Origin: Chitinivibrionales bacterium
GTDB taxonomy: Bacteria > Fibrobacterota > Chitinivibrionia > Chitinivibrionales > JANQEN01
Assembly (NCBI GenBank): GCA_028278335.1
Contig: JANQEN010000203.1
Coordinates: 107,950 to 171,949 of the forward strand
Length of the DNA: 64,000 nucleotides
Direction: 5' to 3'
This document shows positions 45,159 through 53,444 of the stretch, piece after piece. How positions within the stretch are numbered: the stretch's first letter is position 1; each line of letters starts with the position of its first letter. The notes beneath the pieces are model-generated. The model was not told the origin of the DNA. It did not search any database and saw nothing but the letters and a program-made list of their open reading frames with translations. A program made the position numbers and the translations under genes.

Positions 45159-45322
45159 CCCAGACTATGCAGTAGGAGTAGATGCAGAAGTGCAAGATTA
45201 TGAATTAGTAAGGCTTGAAGGTTTTGAAGGGCATATCTATAAGGTGATATGGCCGAAAAGCCTGAAAGCCTTTATAGGCATAGGATTGTGCTTCTGCGCT
45301 ACTTCCTTTTGCATAATCTGGG
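45159..45322 (+). repeat. 164-nt hairpin-forming dispersed element, copy B
   Basis: Aligns end to end with 19436-19599 with about 10 substitutions. The 5' arm is identical and the outer stem is cccaga/tctggg. Confidence 0.7.
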
Positions 45323-45327
45323 TTTAA

Positions 45328-45436
45328 ATTTGGGCGATTCTCGCTTCGCTCGACCGGGCCTGCTCCAGGCTGCGCGTTCGCTTCGGTATTTTTGCTACGC
45401 AAAAACACTGCTTCGCACCTTCCACGTCCCTATCGC
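45328..45436 (-). repeat. GC-rich dispersed repeat module (inverted copy of the module at 59907-60020)
   Basis: The reverse complement gcgatagggacgtggaaggtgcgaagcagtgtttttgcgtagcaaaaataccgaagcgaacgcgcagcctggagcaggcccggtcgagcgaagcgagaatcgcccaaattt aligns with gcgagggatatggagggcggcgaagccggtgatttttgcatagcaaaaattactgaagcgaacgcggaacccggagcagcccgacccgagc...gcgcccaatttt. Confidence 0.65.
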
Positions 45437-45493
45437 AATAAAAATGATGGTAAATTTGATTACAAATCGAACATTTTTAAAATGTTCCTTTAG

Positions 45494-46672
45494 CTAAAAC
45501 ACAGTACTAACCGAAGTAAGATGGTTCCTTGTTCCACTATTAACTGAAATAAAATATGCACCTTGAGCCAAAGATGTTGTAGAAATAGTATAGCCATTAG
45601 CCATATCTTTAGCAGAACATCTATATTGCAAAAGCATTATTCCTTTGCAATTACACACATGTATTATTACACACTTATCATTATTAGGAAAGATAGTACC
45701 ATACAATTTTAAAACACTCTGTTTTTTAAAATATCGAACATAAATTTGTTGAGATGATTGATTGTGTAAGTATCTTCTGGGAATAATGGCTACGCCCGTA
45801 TCAGCGCAACCGATTCGTTTTGTTGACACAACGATATTGTCAAAATAGCGTCGTTGTTCTTTGATAGAGCCGCTGTTCCAATAGTTCTCAAAGAATATTG
45901 CATTGATAGCATATTCAGTATAGGTACCAGTAAAATTAAGGTTCTCTCGACGAGCTTCAAGGGAGTCGTCTATCCAGAACTCCTGTATTCCATTTGACTC
46001 ACCGGGATCATTCAACTTTACATGATGCTCAATACAAAACCAAGTATCATCGTACTCTGAATTGAAAATTGGTGTTTTCCCGCTCTTATTTCCCAACCAC
46101 GACAGATGATCAAAATCATTGTACCCAACACACTCGACTTCTCCAATGCTATTCACACAGGAAGCCGGATCTATAAGAAGGTGGTCCTTACCGTCACTCC
46201 AGAGGTGGGCAATCATAGCCTGTCGCCAATCAGCAGCAGAGGTAAAGACCGTTGCCCGGGAAAGCTTGGCCGGGTTCCCCTGCCATCCCTTTTCCATTTT
46301 TAGGTACATCCGATAATAGATCTCTCGAAAGTCCCTATCTGGACTTATCTGCTGTTTGTTCATGTAACTGTTGGGGTTCCTCCCAAAGGCAAGCTTCATA
46401 CCACCAGCTCCAACCTCGCCCTGCTGAAACACCACTTGCATACCCCGTGAATTATTGAATCCCACACCCTCCTGCACAACAAAATCCCCATTGTTATCAC
46501 CATATTCAAAGTATCTTCCCCTTTTAACCATGGGATCATCAGACTCAAAATCATCACAAAAGATCCAATCAGGGTGCTCAATTTGCCAATTATCGCATTC
46601 TCCCTTTGGAAAGATATCAAAAGGAATAAGCAAGAGAATAGTAATTGAAAGAAGAGTAAGTTTCGTATGCAT
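45494..46672 (-). CDS. secreted protein with a ConA-like/polysaccharide-lyase-like core and a probable T9SS type-A C-terminal domain
   Basis: Signal peptide. The core FCDDFESDDP...WxxN...EFWIDD...YFDNIVVS is reminiscent of PF14099-type lyase folds (weak). The C-terminal ~80 aa, ending LAQGAYFISVNSGTRNHLTSVSTVF, resemble Por_Secre_tail. Confidence 0.4.
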   Translation of the reverse strand: MHTKLTLLSITILLLIPFDIFPKGECDNWQIEHPDWIFCDDFESDDPMVKRGRYFEYGDNNGDFVVQEGVGFNNSRGMQVVFQQGEVGAGGMKLAFGRNPNSYMNKQQISPDRDFREIYYRMYLKMEKGWQGNPAKLSRATVFTSAADWRQAMIAHLWSDGKDHLLIDPASCVNSIGEVECVGYNDFDHLSWLGNKSGKTPIFNSEYDDTWFCIEHHVKLNDPGESNGIQEFWIDDSLEARRENLNFTGTYTEYAINAIFFENYWNSGSIKEQRRYFDNIVVSTKRIGCADTGVAIIPRRYLHNQSSQQIYVRYFKKQSVLKLYGTIFPNNDKCVIIHVCNCKGIMLLQYRCSAKDMANGYTISTTSLAQGAYFISVNSGTRNHLTSVSTVF

Positions 46673-46811
46673 AGAAAATCAATCAGAATTGAAGTGCTTC
46701 AGTTATTAGCTTAGTTCATATACTCCTAAATTTAGTATACAATCCTTCTCTTGAAAACGCAGGAAAATGTAAACTATGCTCTATAAACTTATCATCAGTC
46801 GTTTTGTAATT

Positions 46812-47081
46812 TTACATCCACTTCATTTGTAGCTTACGATGATTATAAGCACAGTCACTTAAATATGAATCAATTAAGTTCTGATAGGGAATTCCTGTTT
46901 CTTCTGATAGGTCTTTAAAATATCCAAGAGTATCAACACCAATGCGAATGGTGATCTGCTTTTTTAATTTTTTTGCAAACTGATGTTTATATCCTGGGAA
47001 TGAAATGATGATAGGTAAAATTAATATAGGTATAATAATACTAAACACATCATTGATCATACCTCTTTTTCCATTTTCCAT
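46812..47081 (-). CDS. BrnA/CopG-like ribbon-helix-helix domain protein with a hydrophobic N-terminal segment
   Basis: The C-terminus KKQITIRIGVDTLGYFKDLSEETGIPYQNLIDSYLSD matches the BrnA-antitoxin pattern. The N-terminus VFSIIIPILILPIIISF looks like a TM helix. No BrnT-like partner was seen. Confidence 0.45.
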   Translation of the reverse strand: MENGKRGMINDVFSIIIPILILPIIISFPGYKHQFAKKLKKQITIRIGVDTLGYFKDLSEETGIPYQNLIDSYLSDCAYNHRKLQMKWM

Positions 47082-47964
47082 ATCTAACCTGTTTTTTAAT
47101 ACCTATACTGAGTAAACAGACGCCCCCTGCAAGCATGGAGGCCCCAACAAATGGTCGCATTGATGAAAAATCATCCTCTATAACACCAGACAAGCTTAAA
47201 AGTCCTATTCCACCTAAGGTTAGGAAAGAACCACCAATTATTTTCCCCCAATGCTGGTCATGAGGTGAGTTGACAAATGAATTTTCTTTAGAATTACCGC
47301 TTATGCTGGATCTTAACAAATTATCAATTGTTTCCGAAACACACTCTTCAACAGGCCCGTTGCATGTTTCCGAACTTGAAAATATCTCAAGATTTCTAAT
47401 AGAAATTTCTTTTTGTAATTCAAGTAAGGACACTTTACACCAAATAGAATCATAGGATTGTTGGATTGAACCGGAAATTATGCCTCGTATAAAACTATGA
47501 GCAGTGCTATTCACACTTGTATTTATTGTTACAATTGGCATTTTTGAAAATTTTTTTCTCCAGTCTGAATATTGTTTTTGCCCTGTCACATCGTAAACTA
47601 AAAGAAGCCTTTCCATTAATAAATTAGCCTCTTCTGCTAACTTTTTTATTTCTTCTTCTATAACAAACCCTAAAGAATCTCGTCCCAGTTTTCCACTACC
47701 TATGTTTTCTTGAAACAGCACGCTCTTTTCACCGGCAATTTTTATGAAATTATCAAATCCTATATCTTCAGTTAATTCGTATAAAGCATCTTCAACGACC
47801 AGACAAACGATTTTACCAGATGAGTCACCCTCCAAATACATTGGTTTGAGATAGGATGTTTTATCTATTCCCTTAGAATAGGTCAGTGAGATTATTATTA
47901 AGAGAAACGAAATCAATTGGTTTAATTTCACAGATATTTCCTTTTTGTTAATAGAAGCGTCCAT
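47050..47964 (-). CDS. hypothetical membrane-anchored protein
   Basis: 304 aa with an N-terminal signal/anchor (LISFLLIIISLTYS) and two C-terminal TM helices (GGSFLTLGGIGLLSLSG; VGASMLAGGVCLLSIGI). I recognise no family. Confidence 0.4.
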   Translation of the reverse strand: MDASINKKEISVKLNQLISFLLIIISLTYSKGIDKTSYLKPMYLEGDSSGKIVCLVVEDALYELTEDIGFDNFIKIAGEKSVLFQENIGSGKLGRDSLGFVIEEEIKKLAEEANLLMERLLLVYDVTGQKQYSDWRKKFSKMPIVTINTSVNSTAHSFIRGIISGSIQQSYDSIWCKVSLLELQKEISIRNLEIFSSSETCNGPVEECVSETIDNLLRSSISGNSKENSFVNSPHDQHWGKIIGGSFLTLGGIGLLSLSGVIEDDFSSMRPFVGASMLAGGVCLLSIGIKKQVRYGKWKKRYDQ

Positions 47965-48090
47965 ATATATAGCACAAATTCAAATGTTTATCTGCTGTAT
48001 TAACTTGCTACGTTTTTAGGTAAACTTATAAATGTAGACCAAGACTACATAATTCATTTTATCATTTTTAAGCTGCTATTATTTACTAAA

Positions 48091-48804
48091 TTATTGCTTT
48101 TTGCGTTTACGAATACATGTCTTCCAAAATAATTTAACATAGTAAAAACCAGATTCCTCATATAAACACTCCGTGCCAAACTCTCCGATAGAGGTACAAA
48201 GAGCGCTCCCGAAACCAAATACAATATCATATTTCAGAAAGACATCACTAATTGTTTGGCTATATGAGTGTTCCTTTCTATCAGGTATATTCTGACCCCA
48301 AAGCATAAACTCATTTTTAATTTCCTTATATTGTCGAACATAGACAAAGTGTAATCCTGCGGTACCATAAATCCTCACCATTTTTGCAAATCCCGCAATA
48401 GATCCTTTTATGTCAAAAGCTGGAATAACTCTTTCATTGTATAAAATCTCCTGTCTGTGATAGATTTTGTTATTAAAATCAATATCTACAAAGGCCTCAT
48501 TATCAGTTACCTTATAATTTTTCGGGATAGGGTACACACTTGTGTGAAGGGCTATTTCAATTCTTCTTTTCGGTGTAAAAATTCCATAATCTACTTCAAG
48601 TCCAAATTCATATCCAGACTTATTCTTATTACTTTTTATTTGGGAACTATTATATAAGGGAATAAATGAAACTCCTAATTTGAAATCTTGACTAAATTCC
48701 TTATCTCTGTAATTGATGAACAGGTCATTTGCAGATGATAAACTAACCAACAAAATTCCCTTAATAAGAAATATTAAAATCCATTTTTTCCTAATATTAG
48801 TCAT
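48091..48804 (-). CDS. hypothetical secreted protein, possible outer-membrane beta-barrel
   Basis: Signal peptide (WILIFLIKGILLVSLSSA), an alternating-hydrophobicity beta pattern, and an aromatic-rich C-terminal region. Confidence 0.35.
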   Translation of the reverse strand: MTNIRKKWILIFLIKGILLVSLSSANDLFINYRDKEFSQDFKLGVSFIPLYNSSQIKSNKNKSGYEFGLEVDYGIFTPKRRIEIALHTSVYPIPKNYKVTDNEAFVDIDFNNKIYHRQEILYNERVIPAFDIKGSIAGFAKMVRIYGTAGLHFVYVRQYKEIKNEFMLWGQNIPDRKEHSYSQTISDVFLKYDIVFGFGSALCTSIGEFGTECLYEESGFYYVKLFWKTCIRKRKKQ

Positions 48805-48987
48805 AATTTTCTCTCCGAATGATGATGAGTCTCACTTATCATATTCTGCGATTTATAGTGGCCGCAGAAGAGGGTGAACTTTATCGTAAATATCTCTCAC
48901 AACAGACAATATTTTTTAATCATTTGAATTTATCAATAAACGACTCATTTTTGTGACGCTCATCCTCATTTTTAATATAAACTATGC

Positions 48988-49614
48988 TCACTTTTGTTTT
49001 GCATAAATAAGAGGTGAAAATTTAATCAATGTAAATCCAATTAAAAGACCCCAGATACATCCATGCAAAACTGATAGATGCCAGTTGCCATAAGCAATCC
49101 ACCACCATAGCGAACCTATTATGCCCGAAATAATTGTTGATAAAAGTACCTTAGTTGAATCAGATGAAATAAACTTATCTTTACACGAATCTAAAAGAGC
49201 AAAAGCTATTAAAACTAAACCAAAGGAGATAAAAGGTATTGAGAATAATTCCGTACTCATTTCAAATGAGAATGATAAATTCACATCCCCATTTACACCA
49301 CAAATGATTACATTAAAACATAAATATCCAACAAACCATGCTAAAAATAGCGTACATAGAATTTTTAGTATAAATTTTAAATTCTTAAGAAAAAGTAAAT
49401 ACACGCCGATTGATAAAGAAACAATGGAACCATGAACAAACCCAGCAGGAACAATGTACCATTCAAACAAACTTTCTATTTCATTGGAAATAAGAATATC
49501 GTAATAACACCATAAAGAATTTATGGTTCCAGCTACACCTCCTACCAAAAGCAATATTAGCAAAAATTGGTATTTCATTTTCACCTGATCGTTTCTTTTA
49601 TGATGCCACTTCAA
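48988..49614 (-). CDS. hypothetical multi-pass membrane protein
   Basis: About 6 predicted TM helices. The start is possibly at MKYQF (49578). I recognise no family. Confidence 0.4.
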   Translation of the reverse strand: MKWHHKRNDQVKMKYQFLLILLLVGGVAGTINSLWCYYDILISNEIESLFEWYIVPAGFVHGSIVSLSIGVYLLFLKNLKFILKILCTLFLAWFVGYLCFNVIICGVNGDVNLSFSFEMSTELFSIPFISFGLVLIAFALLDSCKDKFISSDSTKVLLSTIISGIIGSLWWWIAYGNWHLSVLHGCIWGLLIGFTLIKFSPLIYAKQK

Positions 49615-49729
49615 CTATTTCTTGATTCAATTCCATTTTTCTCCAACATGTTTATGTTCAGACTTGTCAAACTTTGCCATGCATCTATATATAATAATAA
49701 TATGCTTTTTTAATATTCTCTTTTACTCA

Positions 49730-50269
49730 CTATTTAACAAAACTATAAAGAAATTGATCCAACAGGTTCCCATCTTTAAACACATTAGATTTCATAATAC
49801 CTTCCAATGTATACCCTGCTTTTTCAAGAACTTTTTTTGATGCTAAATTTGTACAGTATGGCTCAGCAAACACGCGATTCATCTTTAAATCGTTTATGGC
49901 ATACTCGGTAATACTTTTCACTGCCTTTGTCATTATACCTCTTCCCCAAAAGGGCTCAGCAAGCCAATATCCCAATTCTGCAGAATATCGATGGACATCG
50001 TTGCCAAATGTAAATCCTATACAGCCAATTGCTTCAGATCTATTTGCAATAGCAAAGACTGTTATTGGGTCAGAATTTAACGCATTAGATATAAATGTTT
50101 GTGCATCCTCTAAACTATAGGGACTGGGAAAACCGTCACGCAAATATTGCCATATTTTCCTATTATTTGCGTATTTCGATACTGATTTTGCATCCTTAAT
50201 CGTCCAATTACGAATGGCATATTCTCCAATTTCTCTATGCATATGGTTCAAACTCCTTAATTGACTCAA
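49730..50269 (-). CDS. GNAT-family N-acetyltransferase (RimJ/RimL-like)
   Basis: Acetyl-CoA-binding region FWGRGIMTKAVKSITEYA and the NxxSxxVLEKAGY motif. Confidence 0.8.
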   Translation of the reverse strand: MSQLRSLNHMHREIGEYAIRNWTIKDAKSVSKYANNRKIWQYLRDGFPSPYSLEDAQTFISNALNSDPITVFAIANRSEAIGCIGFTFGNDVHRYSAELGYWLAEPFWGRGIMTKAVKSITEYAINDLKMNRVFAEPYCTNLASKKVLEKAGYTLEGIMKSNVFKDGNLLDQFLYSFVK

Positions 50270-50731
50270 TTTTAATTTTGCATATTCAACCTATTTAGTT
50301 TTCTTAATAAACATAATTCTCTAAGTCTAAATAATAGGTATAGTTTTTATAAAAAAAACCTATTCCAACAAATTTCAACGATTTTAATTTAGTTTTAAAG
50401 AAAATTTTATAGTATATTAAAATTATAAACAAAGTTGTAACTATCATCAAAAAAAGGAATTAGCTGAAAATTCATGTATTAAAGATATGATCGGTCGATT
50501 ATACTTGAAGTGCAAAGAACTAAATTTAAACTATTATGTTACCAATTCTTTCTTGTTGTACCTCTCCTTCACCCCTACATAATTTTCCCATTCTTTCTTT
50601 ACTTTTCATACAAAATTCCTTTTTAAAACCTCTGTTTAATAATCAATCAAATACAAAGATTGTATCTGCCCTCTTTGCTCATTTGTCTTTGAATTTTGGA
50701 TACTTTAATAAATTTCTTAAAGGAGTTATGT

Positions 50732-52399
50732 ATGCAATCAAAACTTTTACACTTTTTCCAGAAAAATCATTCATCAAATCACTCCTGTTTTAATGATACA
50801 TCACAACCACTTCCCAGATTACATCTTCCTGTGGCATTGAAATGTAACATAAAATGTAAATACTGTGAAAGGGTGATTTCAAATTCTAATGAGATATGTC
50901 CTGGTCATACTAAAGAGGTCATAACTCCTGATGCTGCATTCCAAAAAGCCAAAGATTTCATAGACAAATATGGAGAAGATGTAATCATTGGCATTGCAGG
51001 GCCTGGTGATCCTTGCGAGAATAAAGAGACATTTACCACATTTCAAAAGATTAGAGATACGTTTAAACAGGTAAAATTATGCCTCTGTACAAATGGATTA
51101 AAGCTGATTGAATACATACCGCTATTAAAAAATCTCTCAATCAATCATCTCTCAATTACCCTAAATACACTTAATCCTGAGACGGCAAAGAGAATATATG
51201 CACGTATAAATATTGATGAGAATGAACAAAGTAAAGGTAATCCATTTGACTATTTCATTCAACAGCAAATCGCTGGAATTGAAGAGGCTGTTAAACAAAA
51301 TATCGTTGTGAAAGTAAACACCGTTTATATACCTGGTATAAATAATAATGAAATTATTGATCTATCAAAATATCTTTCAAAAATACCAGTATCAGTGCAT
51401 AACATTATACCCTTAGTCCCAAAGGGTGAATTTAAGCATATTAAAAGACCTGATAATGATGAATTAAATACCCTTAGAAAAAAGTGCAATCAATATATAA
51501 ATACCTTCTCTAAATGCAAGCAATGTCGTGCAGATTGTATTGACATACCGGAAAAAAAGGTATCCGTTGACAGACGGTTTTGGTTAAAGGCTTCCGGCTT
51601 TGCTCTTGCTAGTGGTCTATTGTCTCATGCAACACCTAATACTGGTGCATCATTTAATGGTAAGTCTTTAGCAGTCTGGTCCTGTGGTGGATTGGCAGAG
51701 GCCTTTATACCAGCAAATAAAGAATATGAGGAGATGACTGGATGCAAAATAAATTACACTGGAGCCTTCGCAGCAGCATTGGGTAAATCACTTTTAGGAA
51801 ATGCAGAAACTGAAGTTTTTGCACCCCGGGTTTTAGAGCTTGCGAAAAAACTTAAAAAAGCAGAGAAGATGGTCTCCTATTCTCCGTTGTGTTTTACCCA
51901 ATATCTTATTGTTGTTCCTGTAGATAATCCTGCCAATATAAAAGGTATCCATGATTTGAAGAGAGAAGGGGTACGAGTTCTGCTTTCAGTAAACGCTTCT
52001 CCACCAGGGGGAAAAGCTGTTCTTGGTATTTTAAAAAAGGCTGGAATAATTAAAATGGTATTGAAAAATACAGTCTTTAAAGGTGATTGTGTACAAACTG
52101 ATATTCCACTGTTAATAAAAGGAAAAGCTGATGTGGCTATTGTTGAAAAAAGAGTGACAATGCTTCCTCAATTTAAGGACAAATTAAAAACCATATCAAT
52201 TCCGGAAAAAATAATTCCTGCTATGCCTATACCATTTACCATAGGTATGATGAAATATGCACAAAATAGGGAAATGGCAAACCACTATATAGAATTTATC
52301 TGTTCTGAAAAAGGGCAGCAGCACTTTCATAATGCCGGTTTTATTACAGCTATGAGTAATGAAGGTAAACGATTAATCTCTAAATATGGAGTTGCATAA
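50732..52399 (+). CDS. fusion protein: NifB-like radical SAM domain plus internal twin-arginine-like hydrophobic segment plus ModA/TupA-like (type II periplasmic binding protein) domain
   Basis: RLHLPVALKCNIKCKYCER...IGIAGPGDPCEN...LCLCTNGL...HLSITLNTLNPETAKRIYARI...CKQCRADCIDI matches the NifB SAM-domain blocks. It is followed by DRRFWLKASGFALASGLLSHA, then an SBP-like KSLAVWSCGGLAEAFIPANKEYEEMTGCKINYTGAFAAALGKSLLGNAETEVFAP. I place the start at 50732 (SD AAGGAG 7 nt upstream); the ORF is open from 50696. Confidence 0.7.
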   Translation: MQSKLLHFFQKNHSSNHSCFNDTSQPLPRLHLPVALKCNIKCKYCERVISNSNEICPGHTKEVITPDAAFQKAKDFIDKYGEDVIIGIAGPGDPCENKETFTTFQKIRDTFKQVKLCLCTNGLKLIEYIPLLKNLSINHLSITLNTLNPETAKRIYARINIDENEQSKGNPFDYFIQQQIAGIEEAVKQNIVVKVNTVYIPGINNNEIIDLSKYLSKIPVSVHNIIPLVPKGEFKHIKRPDNDELNTLRKKCNQYINTFSKCKQCRADCIDIPEKKVSVDRRFWLKASGFALASGLLSHATPNTGASFNGKSLAVWSCGGLAEAFIPANKEYEEMTGCKINYTGAFAAALGKSLLGNAETEVFAPRVLELAKKLKKAEKMVSYSPLCFTQYLIVVPVDNPANIKGIHDLKREGVRVLLSVNASPPGGKAVLGILKKAGIIKMVLKNTVFKGDCVQTDIPLLIKGKADVAIVEKRVTMLPQFKDKLKTISIPEKIIPAMPIPFTIGMMKYAQNREMANHYIEFICSEKGQQHFHNAGFITAMSNEGKRLISKYGVA

Positions 52400-53145
52400 T
52401 GACTAAGGCACTAGTAAAAATTAGATATACGATCCAAGCAATCTCATTTATATTTCTGGCCAATTTCGCACTATATGGATTGTTCCGGTGTCCCTTTGCA
52501 GTACCCTTTGTCGGGTGTGGTAATTGTCCGGTGTTACAATGTCCTGGAAGAAAATATTATCTTCCTCTTTGGATAGCTTTTTTTATGTCATCCATAGTTT
52601 TATTCAGATCATTTTGCGGTTGGATTTGTCCTGTTGGTACATTCTCTACAGTTTTGAATAAGATAGCCTCAAAATTGAATTTGATTAAAATTACTATTTC
52701 AAAAAAATCAGGTACCATACTGCAATATCTTAGTTACCTGTTTTTGGCTGCTGCAGTGCTATTAGTTTTTGTTTATAGTAATCCACGCTGGGCGATACCA
52801 ATTAGAACAGGAGAATTATTTAACTCAATTAAACTAACCTTCGCACATGCCAATAACCCATGGATCATAAGGACTCTTGTAATAGCAGCTCTTATTGGAA
52901 TTGGGCTCTTTAGCAAAAAAATTTGGTGTCGATTTATATGTCCCGCAGGACTTATTTCAAAATTGATTGGTACGTTGTCAATATTTAAGATTAAAAAGGA
53001 TGCACAATGTCAGGGAACGTGTAATCAGTGCGATAAATACTGTGATATGGATGCGATGCATGACAATGGGAATTGTATTTCCTGTGCAACATGTTTTGCG
53101 AAATGTCCTCAGAATAAGGTTACTTTTTCAAAAATTAAGTTTTAA
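52399..53145 (+). CDS. NapH/MauN-like integral-membrane polyferredoxin (4Fe-4S binding protein)
   Basis: TM helices carry the CxxxCP motifs FCGWICPVG and WCRFICPAG. The C-terminus has CQGTCNQCDKYC and CISCATCFAKCP. Its ATG overlaps the upstream stop (ataATGa at 52397-52402). Confidence 0.7.
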   Translation: MTKALVKIRYTIQAISFIFLANFALYGLFRCPFAVPFVGCGNCPVLQCPGRKYYLPLWIAFFMSSIVLFRSFCGWICPVGTFSTVLNKIASKLNLIKITISKKSGTILQYLSYLFLAAAVLLVFVYSNPRWAIPIRTGELFNSIKLTFAHANNPWIIRTLVIAALIGIGLFSKKIWCRFICPAGLISKLIGTLSIFKIKKDAQCQGTCNQCDKYCDMDAMHDNGNCISCATCFAKCPQNKVTFSKIKF

Positions 53146-53444
53146 TTTCATTTTGTGAAAGGTGAGGATTCGTAAAGGAAGGACTGATTCGAGGAACTGT
53201 TGAAACAGCTACGGGATTTACAGGTTGGTATTACATGTCAATTTAAAAAACAATCATCACAAGAATTGATAATTTTTTCTTACCTGATTGCTTGTTGACA
53301 ACGTAACCTTAAAAATTCCAATATGAGTTGTATCTTTATTGGTAAATCTTGGTCACAGACCAAGGCCAAACAATTTTTCTTCGATACAACATGTTCAACA
53401 TATGTATTCGAAGAATCATAATTTAAACCATAAAAAACTTTAAT

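Noticed and set aside
45205-45497. ORFs 45205-45408 (-) and 45249-45497 (+) as genes, including the short MAEKPESL... peptide shared by both copies of the 164-nt element
   Set aside because: They lie entirely inside repeat elements and their products are low-complexity Arg/Ala/Leu-rich. The AGGTGA is only 1 nt from the ATG, too close to serve as an SD. The peptide ends after 23 aa in copy A, whereas in copy B it reads through into unrelated repeat DNA.
50536-50793. The 85-aa ORF upstream of and overlapping the NifB-like gene, and the 50696 start for that gene
   Set aside because: The 85-aa ORF is a low-complexity translation of the leader. AAGGAG 7 nt upstream of the ATG at 50732 gives a far better start for the NifB-like gene.
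50732-51600. Reading the NifB-like domain as evidence of nitrogen fixation
   Set aside because: No nifH, nifD, nifK, nifE or nifN is in the window, and the NifX-like C-terminal domain is replaced. NifB-like radical SAM domains occur outside nitrogenase contexts.
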